64,000 bases of DNA, taken from an uncultured Rhodothermales bacterium. Lineage in GTDB: Bacteria > Bacteroidota > Rhodothermia > Rhodothermales > VXPQ01. The number at the start of each line of letters is the position of its first letter. The stretch's first letter is position 1. The notes under the pieces are model-generated. The model searched no databases, was not told the DNA's origin, and saw only the letters and a program-made list of their open reading frames with translations. The stretch covers positions 20,144 to 84,143 of the forward strand of contig CAZKNF010000006.1 in the NCBI GenBank assembly GCA_964554105.1, written 5' to 3'. Below, piece after piece: positions 36,940 through 44,976 of the stretch. Made by a program: the position numbers and the translations under genes.

Positions 36940-37984
36940 CGCTCCCGGTGGTCCAGCAAGAACCGTCGGTTTGACGGCGGCCCTGGTTCTCACCCTTGCA
37001 GCCAGCATGATTGCCGGTGTTGCCGTCGGGAGCCACGATATTGCATTCATCGACGTAATCTCGACGATCTTCGCCCGACTCGGGTTAGGCGATGCATTCG
37101 CAGATCAAACGACCTCTCGCATCGTCTGGGATCTCCGTTTGCCGCGCGTCGTCTTGGCGGCCGTCGTCGGCGGCGGGCTCTCGATCATCGGCGTTGCCAT
37201 GCAGGCGCTCGTTCGAAATCCTCTCGCAGAGCCATACATATTGGGCATTTCGGGTGGCGCTGCAGCGGGAGCATCGCTGTTCTATCTCGGATTTCTTCCG
37301 CCGCTTCTCTCCAGGGCGTTCTCCATGCCGCTTGCTGCATTTGCCGGGGGATTTATATCGATCTCTATCGTTTACCTCGTCGCACGTTCAGGATCCTCCA
37401 TTTCCGTCGCGAGGCTGCTACTCGCCGGTGTCGCGATGTCCGCCCTGATGGGTGCCATCACCGCCTTCGTCACGTTTGCCTCACCCGAGCCGAATAAACT
37501 ACGTGCCGTGCTCTTCTGGCTGCAGGGGTCGCTTAGCGGCGCTCGCTGGAATCTCGTTCTGCTCCCGGCGGTCGCTTCCGGACTCGGAATGCTTCTCCTC
37601 ATGGCGCTGAGCCGTCCTCTCGATGCAATGCTGCTCGGTGAAGAACCTGCCTTCAGTCTCGGGGTACCGACCGAGCGCGTGAAGCGGCTGCTGATCGTGC
37701 TTGCTGCATTCGTCACCGGCAGCCTCGTCGCCGCGAGCGGCGCAATCGGATTCGTCGGCCTGATCATTCCACACGCAGTCCGGTTTTTTACGGGCGTGAC
37801 ACACCGACGACTGATTCCAGCTAGCTTCCTACTGGGCGGCGCCTTCCTTATCTGGGCCGACATTGCAGCCCGCACGCTCATTCCGACGCAAGAGCTGCCC
37901 GTCGGAGCAGTCACGGCGATTTGCGGCGTTCCGTTCTTTCTCGTCCTGCTTCGACGGAAACAGTATCGGTTCCAAACATCTTAA
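36920..37984 (+). CDS. FecCD-family ABC transporter permease (BtuC/FepD-like)
   Basis: LRLPRVVLAAVVGGGLSIIGVAMQALVRNPLAEPYILGISGGAA and GAIGFVGLIIPHAVR. The ATG at 36920 (MALSTSS) overlaps the upstream stop by 20 nt. No ATPase gene follows. Confidence 0.85.
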   Translation: MALSTSSAPGGPARTVGLTAALVLTLAASMIAGVAVGSHDIAFIDVISTIFARLGLGDAFADQTTSRIVWDLRLPRVVLAAVVGGGLSIIGVAMQALVRNPLAEPYILGISGGAAAGASLFYLGFLPPLLSRAFSMPLAAFAGGFISISIVYLVARSGSSISVARLLLAGVAMSALMGAITAFVTFASPEPNKLRAVLFWLQGSLSGARWNLVLLPAVASGLGMLLLMALSRPLDAMLLGEEPAFSLGVPTERVKRLLIVLAAFVTGSLVAASGAIGFVGLIIPHAVRFFTGVTHRRLIPASFLLGGAFLIWADIAARTLIPTQELPVGAVTAICGVPFFLVLLRRKQYRFQTS

Positions 37985-38035
37985 TACCGTCGGCGTATAC
38001 GCAGAGGCCGTTTTCACAACTTCCGCCACGTGTAG

Positions 38036-39067
38036 TTGATGCAAGAAATCCAAGCGCTCACCACGAGCCAGAACCAACTCACGAGGCCGGTCAAGCAGCC
38101 GACACTTCGGGATATCCGGCAGGTCGTTGACGAAGAGCTCGAAGAGTTCCGCAAGTACTTTCGGGAATCCGTCCGCTCGTCCGTCGGTATCCTCGACAAA
38201 ATCACCCAGTACGTGCTGCGCCAGAAGGGGAAGGAAGTACGCCCGATGCTGGTTCTGCTCTCAGCGAAAGTCTGTGGCAGTGTGCACGATTCGACCTACC
38301 GGGCGGCCGCCCTTGTCGAACTGATGCACACCGCTACGCTCGTTCACGACGACGTGGTCGACGTGGCTGAGCGCAGGCGCGGCGTATTCTCGGTGAATGC
38401 ACTCTGGAAAAACAAGATCGCCGTGCTGTTCGGTGATTTCCTGCTGAGCCGCGGCCTGCTCCTCTCTCTCGAGTACCACGATTACCAGCTTTTGCACGTC
38501 CTCTCCGATGCCGTTCGCCGCATGAGTGAGGGCGAGCTGCTTCAGATCGAAAAGTCACGCCATCTCGATATTGATGAAGAGACCTATTTCCGGATCATTT
38601 CCGACAAAACGGCTTCGCTGATTTCTGCGTGCACGACCTGCGGAGCCGTAAGTACGACCGACGACCAGGAAACGATCGAACAGATGCGCGTCATCGGAGA
38701 AAAGCTCGGGCTTGCATTCCAGATTCGGGATGATTTGTTCGATTTCGGAGTCGAAGACGTCGGAAAGCCGATCGGGATCGATTTGCAGGAGAAAAAAATG
38801 ACGCTGCCCCTCATTCACGCTCTCCGTGAGACGTCCGGGCGCGATAGAAGGCGCATCCTGAAGATCGTCCGAAGGGAGAAGAAGAGCCGGGCGGATATTC
38901 GAGAAGTCGCCCGATTCGTCGAAGAGCACGGCGGGATCGCTTACTCGCGAGAGAAGATGCGCGAATGTGCTATGGAAGCAAGAGATCTGCTCAGCACCTT
39001 CCCTCCGAACCGCGCGCGCGACGCCATGCTCGATCTCGTCGATTATACGGTTAGTCGATCGCGATAG
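38036..39067 (+). CDS. polyprenyl diphosphate synthase (IspB-like, long-chain trans-prenyltransferase)
   Basis: First Asp-rich motif LVHDDVVD and second FQIRDDLFD, plus GKEVRPMLVLL. Confidence 0.85.
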   Translation: MMQEIQALTTSQNQLTRPVKQPTLRDIRQVVDEELEEFRKYFRESVRSSVGILDKITQYVLRQKGKEVRPMLVLLSAKVCGSVHDSTYRAAALVELMHTATLVHDDVVDVAERRRGVFSVNALWKNKIAVLFGDFLLSRGLLLSLEYHDYQLLHVLSDAVRRMSEGELLQIEKSRHLDIDEETYFRIISDKTASLISACTTCGAVSTTDDQETIEQMRVIGEKLGLAFQIRDDLFDFGVEDVGKPIGIDLQEKKMTLPLIHALRETSGRDRRRILKIVRREKKSRADIREVARFVEEHGGIAYSREKMRECAMEARDLLSTFPPNRARDAMLDLVDYTVSRSR

Positions 39068-39070
39068 ACG

Positions 39071-39817
39071 ATGGCGACCCTTCACCTCCTTGGTACCGGT
39101 GCGGCAATAAGCGATCCTCATCGTACGACTACGATGCTTGCGGTGGAGGATGAAGATGACACCGTTGTTGTCGATTGCGGAGGCGACGTCGTACAGCGGC
39201 TTCTGGAGTCCGATCTCGAACTGGACTCCATCTCCTCACTCATCATTACCCACGAGCACCCGGACCACGTAAGTGGATTTCCGCTCTTCATGGAAAAGAT
39301 ATGGCTCGCCGGCCGCCGCCGGCCGATTCCAGTCTACGGAATTCACCGGGCAATCGATCAAGCCCGTAAATGCTTTGCAGCTTTCGACACGTCGAGCTGG
39401 GACGGCATGCCACAGATTGTGTGGACGGAGATAGCGCACGAAGAACGGACGAGTGTACTGGAAACCGATGCCTGGGCGATCACGGCGTCACCCGGCAACC
39501 ACGGTGTGCCGGTCATCGGGCTTCGCATTGTGGCCAGGTCCACGGGTCGGATCGTTGCGTACTCGTGTGACACGGAGCCTTACGAGCCGATAGTCCGCCT
39601 CGCGAGCGGAGCCACCATACTCGTGCATGAAGCAACCGGCGCCGGTAAAGGACATTCCTCGGCAGAACAGGCGGCCGAAATTGCGGCACGTGCCGGTGCA
39701 GAGAGGCTACTCCTCGTTCACCTGCCGCCAGGCATGACAGACGGTGATCTCACGCACGCGCGATCTCGTTTTGAGAGAACGGAGCTCGGACGCGAGTCTG
39801 GCGCCTACCGCATCTAG
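39071..39817 (+). CDS. MBL-fold metallo-hydrolase (RNase Z/BN-like)
   Basis: LLGTGAA, VVVDCGG, ITHEHPDH (HxHxDH) and LLLVHL. It starts 3 nt after the prenyl synthase stop. Confidence 0.75.
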   Translation: MATLHLLGTGAAISDPHRTTTMLAVEDEDDTVVVDCGGDVVQRLLESDLELDSISSLIITHEHPDHVSGFPLFMEKIWLAGRRRPIPVYGIHRAIDQARKCFAAFDTSSWDGMPQIVWTEIAHEERTSVLETDAWAITASPGNHGVPVIGLRIVARSTGRIVAYSCDTEPYEPIVRLASGATILVHEATGAGKGHSSAEQAAEIAARAGAERLLLVHLPPGMTDGDLTHARSRFERTELGRESGAYRI

Positions 39818-39901
39818 CGCACGGCATATGTAGCGCACGGCAACCGCGGGCGGGCCCTGCGGGCGTGAACAAAGAGGTGTGAAGGTGTGAAAGAAGACGA
39901 G

Positions 39902-40108
39902 TTACGCCTCCCCCTCGTGCATGGTGAATACGGAACGGGCCATTCGGTCGGCTTTCTTTACCTCCCGAATGTCCTCGATCAACTCGAAATCCTCCAGTAC
40001 TTCCTCAATGACGTCGCGAAGGTACTCTCGTCGCTCCTCGAGCACTTCGACGACCGCATCCTTCATCACACGCTTCAACATGCTTTCACTTATACCAAGT
40101 TCGGACAT
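39902..40108 (-). CDS. small acidic hypothetical protein (68 aa)
   Basis: MSELGISESMLKRVMKDAVVEVLEERREYLRDVIEEVLEDFELIEDIREVKKADRMARSVFTMHEGEA. Helical and Glu-rich, with no recognisable family. The track start at 40162 adds 18 unlikely residues. Confidence 0.35.
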   Translation of the reverse strand: MSELGISESMLKRVMKDAVVEVLEERREYLRDVIEEVLEDFELIEDIREVKKADRMARSVFTMHEGEA

Positions 40109-40294
40109 TATTGGGCCCCAATGCAGAGAAAACCGTAACGTTCGGCCAAGATACTCGTGCAAACTTCTGAAACAAAGTCACTCACGCGTCCCCTCCAGCA
40201 TCATCAGTTCCGTGGAAAATCCATCTTCCGGCACGGATCGTCGGCGTCCGATGCCTTAGATTGATGTAAGTATTTTGAATGTCGATACGTCCCC

Positions 40295-41158
40295 ATGCAA
40301 GACATGAAATCACCGAACGCCTTCGGCTTTCCGGCGCTGACAGCGTCGGCGCTGTTCCTTCTTTTAACCCTGTTCCATTCCTCTGCTGAAGCACAGAACA
40401 TAGACGTGGGCTCCTATCTCATAGAGATGCGCGATCTCACGGAAGAGGCACTCGCGGCAAGCAGAGCGGCTGAGAATGCGTCGTCGGTACAGGAGGTTCG
40501 AGAACGCGCCGACGAGGTATTCGCATTCATCTGGGGCAACACCTCCGGATTGTCGGACGAAAACGCACGTGGTGCCGAAAACGCACACGGATGGAAAACC
40601 AGGTGGCAGGTGACGTTTTCAGACTTCGACTCTTTATTCGCGGAGCGCTACGGCAGCCTTCCCCCTGAAATAACAGACCCAACCGAGCTGGGAATCGTCG
40701 GCCTCGGACGGCACGTCCGCGGTACTATCGAGGACGCATTGACCGCGGATGCTGCCGACGGCACGACGCAGACACACGGTCCCCACGTAGTCCATTCGAT
40801 CAACAATGTGATCGGTTGGATGAAGATGGATGACGGCGTAACGAAAGGCGAGCGTCAGCCTCGCGTCGATCTTACGCGCGAATGGAACTCGCCGATCGAG
40901 TTCTGGATGTCGACTGCAGATACCGGTTGGCTCTTCGAAGTCTATTCGCAGGCATCCAACATTCTCAAGACCAACTACGACGGGGACGTCGAAGAAGCCC
41001 GCCGCCACGCCGCAGCCATGACGGCGCTTATCGAACGAGCACTCGACGGCGTCGACGCAAACGGAAACGGAACCGTAGAACCAGTCAAGATGGAAGGAGG
41101 CCTTCGAGCGGCTGTGGAACACGCCGAACTCGGTGGTTTTGCCGATGCAACAGATTAG
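40295..41158 (+). CDS. secreted hypothetical protein (287 aa)
   Basis: Signal peptide FGFPALTASALFLLLTLFHSSAEAQ and an acidic helical body. It ends with a Ca-loop-like DGVDANGNGTVEP. No family was recognised. The overlapping antisense ORF 40634-41173 is Cys-rich and implausible. Confidence 0.5.
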   Translation: MQDMKSPNAFGFPALTASALFLLLTLFHSSAEAQNIDVGSYLIEMRDLTEEALAASRAAENASSVQEVRERADEVFAFIWGNTSGLSDENARGAENAHGWKTRWQVTFSDFDSLFAERYGSLPPEITDPTELGIVGLGRHVRGTIEDALTADAADGTTQTHGPHVVHSINNVIGWMKMDDGVTKGERQPRVDLTREWNSPIEFWMSTADTGWLFEVYSQASNILKTNYDGDVEEARRHAAAMTALIERALDGVDANGNGTVEPVKMEGGLRAAVEHAELGGFADATD

Positions 41159-41254
41159 TTCGGTAAGTCTCAAGCGAGGAATTCATCGCATGAGATCATT
41201 GTCCTTCTATCCTCTCTCGAGTACCCAACATCGATCGCCAGCCGGAACCTAAGC

Positions 41255-44242
41255 ATGAGATGTACTTCGATCGTCGCGCCTTGCCTTGTCATCACAGGCC
41301 TCCTGATCGCCACGGGATGCGCGGGGCCGCGCGAAACCGCGCCGGAATTGCCATCCAATCAATGGACGACGCTTTTCGGAGGTGAGTCGCTCGAGGGCTG
41401 GACAATGGTCGGTCCGGGAAGCTTCTCAATCGAGCCCGACGGCAGCATGCTCAGTCATGACGGGATGGGGCTCCTGTATTATGAAGACCAGGCATTCCGC
41501 GATTTTGAGCTCGAGCTGGAATGGAAAGCCCAGACCGATTCAGCAAATTCGGGTGTATTCGTTCGATTTCCGGAACCCTCCGATCCTTGGGACGCCGTAG
41601 AGGCCGGCTACGAGATCCAGATCGACGATTCACAGGATCCCGCACACCAGACCGGAGCCGTCTACGACTTTGCCGCCCCGTACCGCATGAATAGCAATCC
41701 ACCGGGCGAGTGGAATACGATGCGGATTCGTGCAGTCGGGCAGCGCTATGAGATCTTCCTGAACGATGACAAAGTGAACGAGTTTTTCGGTGATCGCAGC
41801 CGGGAAGGCTACATCGGCCTCCAGAATCACGACGACGATTCGAACGTCTCTTTCCGCAACATCCGTATCCGACAATTGTCGCCGGCCGATGCCCACGACA
41901 GCCTGTCAGATCTGTTTGCCGCGCCCGAACAGGCAGAGCCGATTCGTGTGCTCGCCGTGACGACGACGCACGGATTCCGCCATCAGTCGATCGAGACAAT
42001 CCACACGCTGCTTCCTGAGTTGGCTGCGACGACGGAGTTCGACTTCGACATCACTGAGGATGTCTCAGACTTGAACGATGAGAATCTCTCGGGCTATGAT
42101 CTGCTGCTTTTCGCCAATTCGACTCTTCGCGTGCAGGGGAATTTGAGTGGGCAGGAAGAGCTGTCTGAAAGCGAACGTGTATATGAGTTTACACTCCAGA
42201 CTCCGAACGGTCCTGTGTCCGGCCGCATCATGCTTTCGGGTTTAGACGCCGATCCAACGGGATCCATTCAAGTCGGCGGCAGCGAACCGACTACCTTGGA
42301 CGAAGTCGACTTTTCAGATCCGAATCTCTCGTTCACGTATGACGCAGGGCAGTTCGGCCTACTTACAGCAGAAGGGGAGCTTTCCGACGAGGAGTTTGAC
42401 GGAACGCTGGGAAATGACAATTTTTCCATCCCATTGACGGGCTCTCGACTCGCTGAAACGAGCACAGCAGTGGCTGACGGCGTCACCCAAAGCCAACGTG
42501 AAGCCGTTGAGCGATTCATGCAGGCAGGAAAAGGAATTGCGATCGCCCATGCCGGACTTGACGCATTCTACGAGTGGCCATGGTATCGTGAGATGGTTGG
42601 AGGTGGGCTCTTCGAAGAACATCCATGGACGCAAAGTGTCCGCATCGAGGTTGAAGACGGCAGCACGCCCGCTACTGAGCACTTCGGAGACGGGTTTTGG
42701 ATCGTCGACGAAATTTACGTCCTGGATGAGAATCCGCGCTGGAATTCGCACGTGCTCGCATCTCTCGATATGAGCAGCGTCGGAGTCGAGCAAGGGCCCG
42801 CGTCCGTCGAATCCAACGACTATCCAATCTCGTGGATGCGCAGTCATGACGGCGGACGCGTATTTGCCACGAAACTAGGGCACTTCGACGATGTGTGGCG
42901 TACGCCGGGCTTTCTGCAGCACCTGCTGCAGGGGATGCGTATGGCAGCCGGCCGTCTTCCCGGCGACTTTAGCGGCCATAGGGAGCACGAAGTAACGTCT
43001 GAAAACGTCTGGCCGGACGACATCGCCATAGACGACAGCGGGAATGTCTGGATCGCTGAACTTCGCGGCAAGGTCCATCATTACGATCCGCACAGCGGCG
43101 AGACGCGTCAGATCGCACACATTGAAACGACGGACCCGACGAAAATCGAGCACGGATTGTACGGCATCGAAGTCGATCCCGACTTCTACTCGGGCGCGCC
43201 CTACGTCTATCTCTATTATGCGGAGCCTGAGACATTCATCAATACACTCTCACGATTCCGATACACGGACGGGGAGCTTGACGTCAATTCTGAAGAGGTC
43301 ATCCTACGGGTGCCTACTGAGCCGAACTGCTGCCACCAGGCAGGCGATATCGAATGGGGGCCAGACGGAACGCTGTTCCTGTCGACTGGAGATACCGGAA
43401 TGTCCGAAGTGCGTCCCAGTTGGAAAATGACGGAAGAAGAGATCCAGGCTTTTCTGGACGAAAACGACCTTAACGACTACCACTGGTCGCGCCTCGTAGA
43501 CTCAGAACGCAGCGCTCAAAATCTTCAGGACTTGCGCGGAAAAATTCTGAGAATCAACCGGGACGGATCGATCCCAAGCGACAATCCATTCTACGGTGAG
43601 CCAGGCGTGCGGTGGGAGATTTATGCGTACGGCCTCAGAAATCCGTACCGTTTCAAAGTGGACCCGGAAACGGGCACGCTGTACATCGCTGTGGTGGGTC
43701 CGGATGCAGCCTTCGACTACGACGAGTATAACATTTCGGAGAGCGGCGGTGAGAATTTCGGATGGCCGCGGACTTTCGGACGTCTCTTTTACAACGAGAT
43801 CACGCCCGAGCACATACCCAGTTACACGCCGCCGATGTGGGAATACACGTACGAGACCGGCGGCCGTTCAGCGACGGTTGGACCTATCTACCGACATGAG
43901 GGCACCGGCGCGTTTCCCAAAATATTTCAAGACAGGCTTTTCGTTTTTGACTGGGCGCGGCGCTGGATAAAATGGGCACGCATCGGTGATGGGGTATTCG
44001 AGAGCGATACGGTGAACAGCGTGAAGAACTCACCGCTCGCTCTCCGGATGCCCGCAAAGCGTCTGTTCGACATCAAGACGTTCGACGTGCTTACCGCCAC
44101 AGCGCCGATCTCGATGGAACTCGCTCCTGACGGCAGCGTGTATGTCGCTGAATTTGATGGGTTTTGGGATGCCGGTTCGAACGCCCGAGTGACGCGTTAT
44201 CGGTGGTCCAAAGAGCCGGCACAGCCATCGTCCTCAGAGTAG
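41255..44242 (+). CDS. lipoprotein fusing DUF1080 (3-keto-disaccharide-hydrolase-like), ThuA-like and PQQ-dependent (soluble glucose/sorbosone) sugar dehydrogenase beta-propeller domains
   Basis: Lipobox LLIATGC. The DUF1080 region has WTTLFGGESLEGW, SGVFVRF, YEIQIDD, GAVYDF, YIGLQNHD and FRNIRI. The ThuA region has RVLAVTTTHGFRHQSI, YDLLLFANST, GKGIAIAHAG, FEEHPW, DEIYVL and PISWMRSHDGGRVFATKLGH. The GSDH-type propeller has HQAGDIEWGPDGTLFLSTGD, LRGKILRINRDGSIPSDNPF, YAYGLRNPYRFKVDPETGTLYIAVVGPD and GENFGWP. Confidence 0.75.
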   Translation: MRCTSIVAPCLVITGLLIATGCAGPRETAPELPSNQWTTLFGGESLEGWTMVGPGSFSIEPDGSMLSHDGMGLLYYEDQAFRDFELELEWKAQTDSANSGVFVRFPEPSDPWDAVEAGYEIQIDDSQDPAHQTGAVYDFAAPYRMNSNPPGEWNTMRIRAVGQRYEIFLNDDKVNEFFGDRSREGYIGLQNHDDDSNVSFRNIRIRQLSPADAHDSLSDLFAAPEQAEPIRVLAVTTTHGFRHQSIETIHTLLPELAATTEFDFDITEDVSDLNDENLSGYDLLLFANSTLRVQGNLSGQEELSESERVYEFTLQTPNGPVSGRIMLSGLDADPTGSIQVGGSEPTTLDEVDFSDPNLSFTYDAGQFGLLTAEGELSDEEFDGTLGNDNFSIPLTGSRLAETSTAVADGVTQSQREAVERFMQAGKGIAIAHAGLDAFYEWPWYREMVGGGLFEEHPWTQSVRIEVEDGSTPATEHFGDGFWIVDEIYVLDENPRWNSHVLASLDMSSVGVEQGPASVESNDYPISWMRSHDGGRVFATKLGHFDDVWRTPGFLQHLLQGMRMAAGRLPGDFSGHREHEVTSENVWPDDIAIDDSGNVWIAELRGKVHHYDPHSGETRQIAHIETTDPTKIEHGLYGIEVDPDFYSGAPYVYLYYAEPETFINTLSRFRYTDGELDVNSEEVILRVPTEPNCCHQAGDIEWGPDGTLFLSTGDTGMSEVRPSWKMTEEEIQAFLDENDLNDYHWSRLVDSERSAQNLQDLRGKILRINRDGSIPSDNPFYGEPGVRWEIYAYGLRNPYRFKVDPETGTLYIAVVGPDAAFDYDEYNISESGGENFGWPRTFGRLFYNEITPEHIPSYTPPMWEYTYETGGRSATVGPIYRHEGTGAFPKIFQDRLFVFDWARRWIKWARIGDGVFESDTVNSVKNSPLALRMPAKRLFDIKTFDVLTATAPISMELAPDGSVYVAEFDGFWDAGSNARVTRYRWSKEPAQPSSSE

Positions 44243-44245
44243 ATT

Positions 44246-44908
44246 ATGCGCCGCAGACGTAGTGTGGAATTGCTCGCGAAAGGCCTGACGCTTGTCCTCA
44301 TTGTCGGGTTTACAGCGTACGGGACGCACTTTGCCCTTGGCGATAACCAGGCGCGAAGCGTCCCTTCGACCACGATGCACCCCTCGATTGCCGCACTAGA
44401 CGAAGACGGCGCCGAGATCTACATGACGCGATGCATGTCATGTCACCAGATGAACGGCAGGGGTGTCCCTGGCGTCTTCCCACCGCTCAACGGCACTGAA
44501 TGGGTGAACGGCGACAAGGGACGCCTGATTCGCACCATACTACACGGCCTTACCGGTGAAATAACGGTAGGCGATGAAACCTACAGCGGGGCGATGCCGC
44601 CGTGGAAATCTTTCTTGGACGACGAGCAAATGGCGGCGCTCCTTACATACATCCGCTCATCCTGGGGAAACGATGCTTCCGAGGTCACGTCCGACGAAGT
44701 CGCCAGCGTTAGAGCCGCCACCGAAGAACGAAGAGACCCGTGGACGGAGGCGGAGCTCGAGGACGAGGAGAATAGAGGCATTCCAGGCGCTGAGGAAGAC
44801 GAATCCTCAGAAGACGTACCTGCGTCCACAGGCTCGGATGCCGAGTCAGATACGGGAATCGACGCCGGTTCCGAATCCGAGGCCGACGGCCAGCATGACG
44901 ACGACTAA
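44246..44908 (+). CDS. membrane-anchored class I c-type cytochrome with an acidic C-terminal tail
   Basis: N-terminal TM LAKGLTLVLIVGFTAY, heme motif CMSCHQ (nt 44432-44446), distal Met context GAMPPW, and a tail EDEENRGIPGAEEDESSEDVPASTGSDAESDTG. It starts 3 nt after the dehydrogenase stop. Confidence 0.8.
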   Translation: MRRRRSVELLAKGLTLVLIVGFTAYGTHFALGDNQARSVPSTTMHPSIAALDEDGAEIYMTRCMSCHQMNGRGVPGVFPPLNGTEWVNGDKGRLIRTILHGLTGEITVGDETYSGAMPPWKSFLDDEQMAALLTYIRSSWGNDASEVTSDEVASVRAATEERRDPWTEAELEDEENRGIPGAEEDESSEDVPASTGSDAESDTGIDAGSESEADGQHDDD

Positions 44909-44976
44909 GACGACTATGAGCGCTCAGCCTGGAATGGAAGTCCGGCGGGAAGATCTTATCATCCCGAATTGGATTC

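Noticed and set aside
39815-39842. A direct repeat, TAGCGCACGGCA-tatg-TAGCGCACGGCA, at the end of the MBL hydrolase gene
   Set aside because: There are only two 12-bp copies, and the first overlaps the stop codon. This is not a CRISPR array or an att-like site with any recombinase nearby, and is most simply a local duplication.
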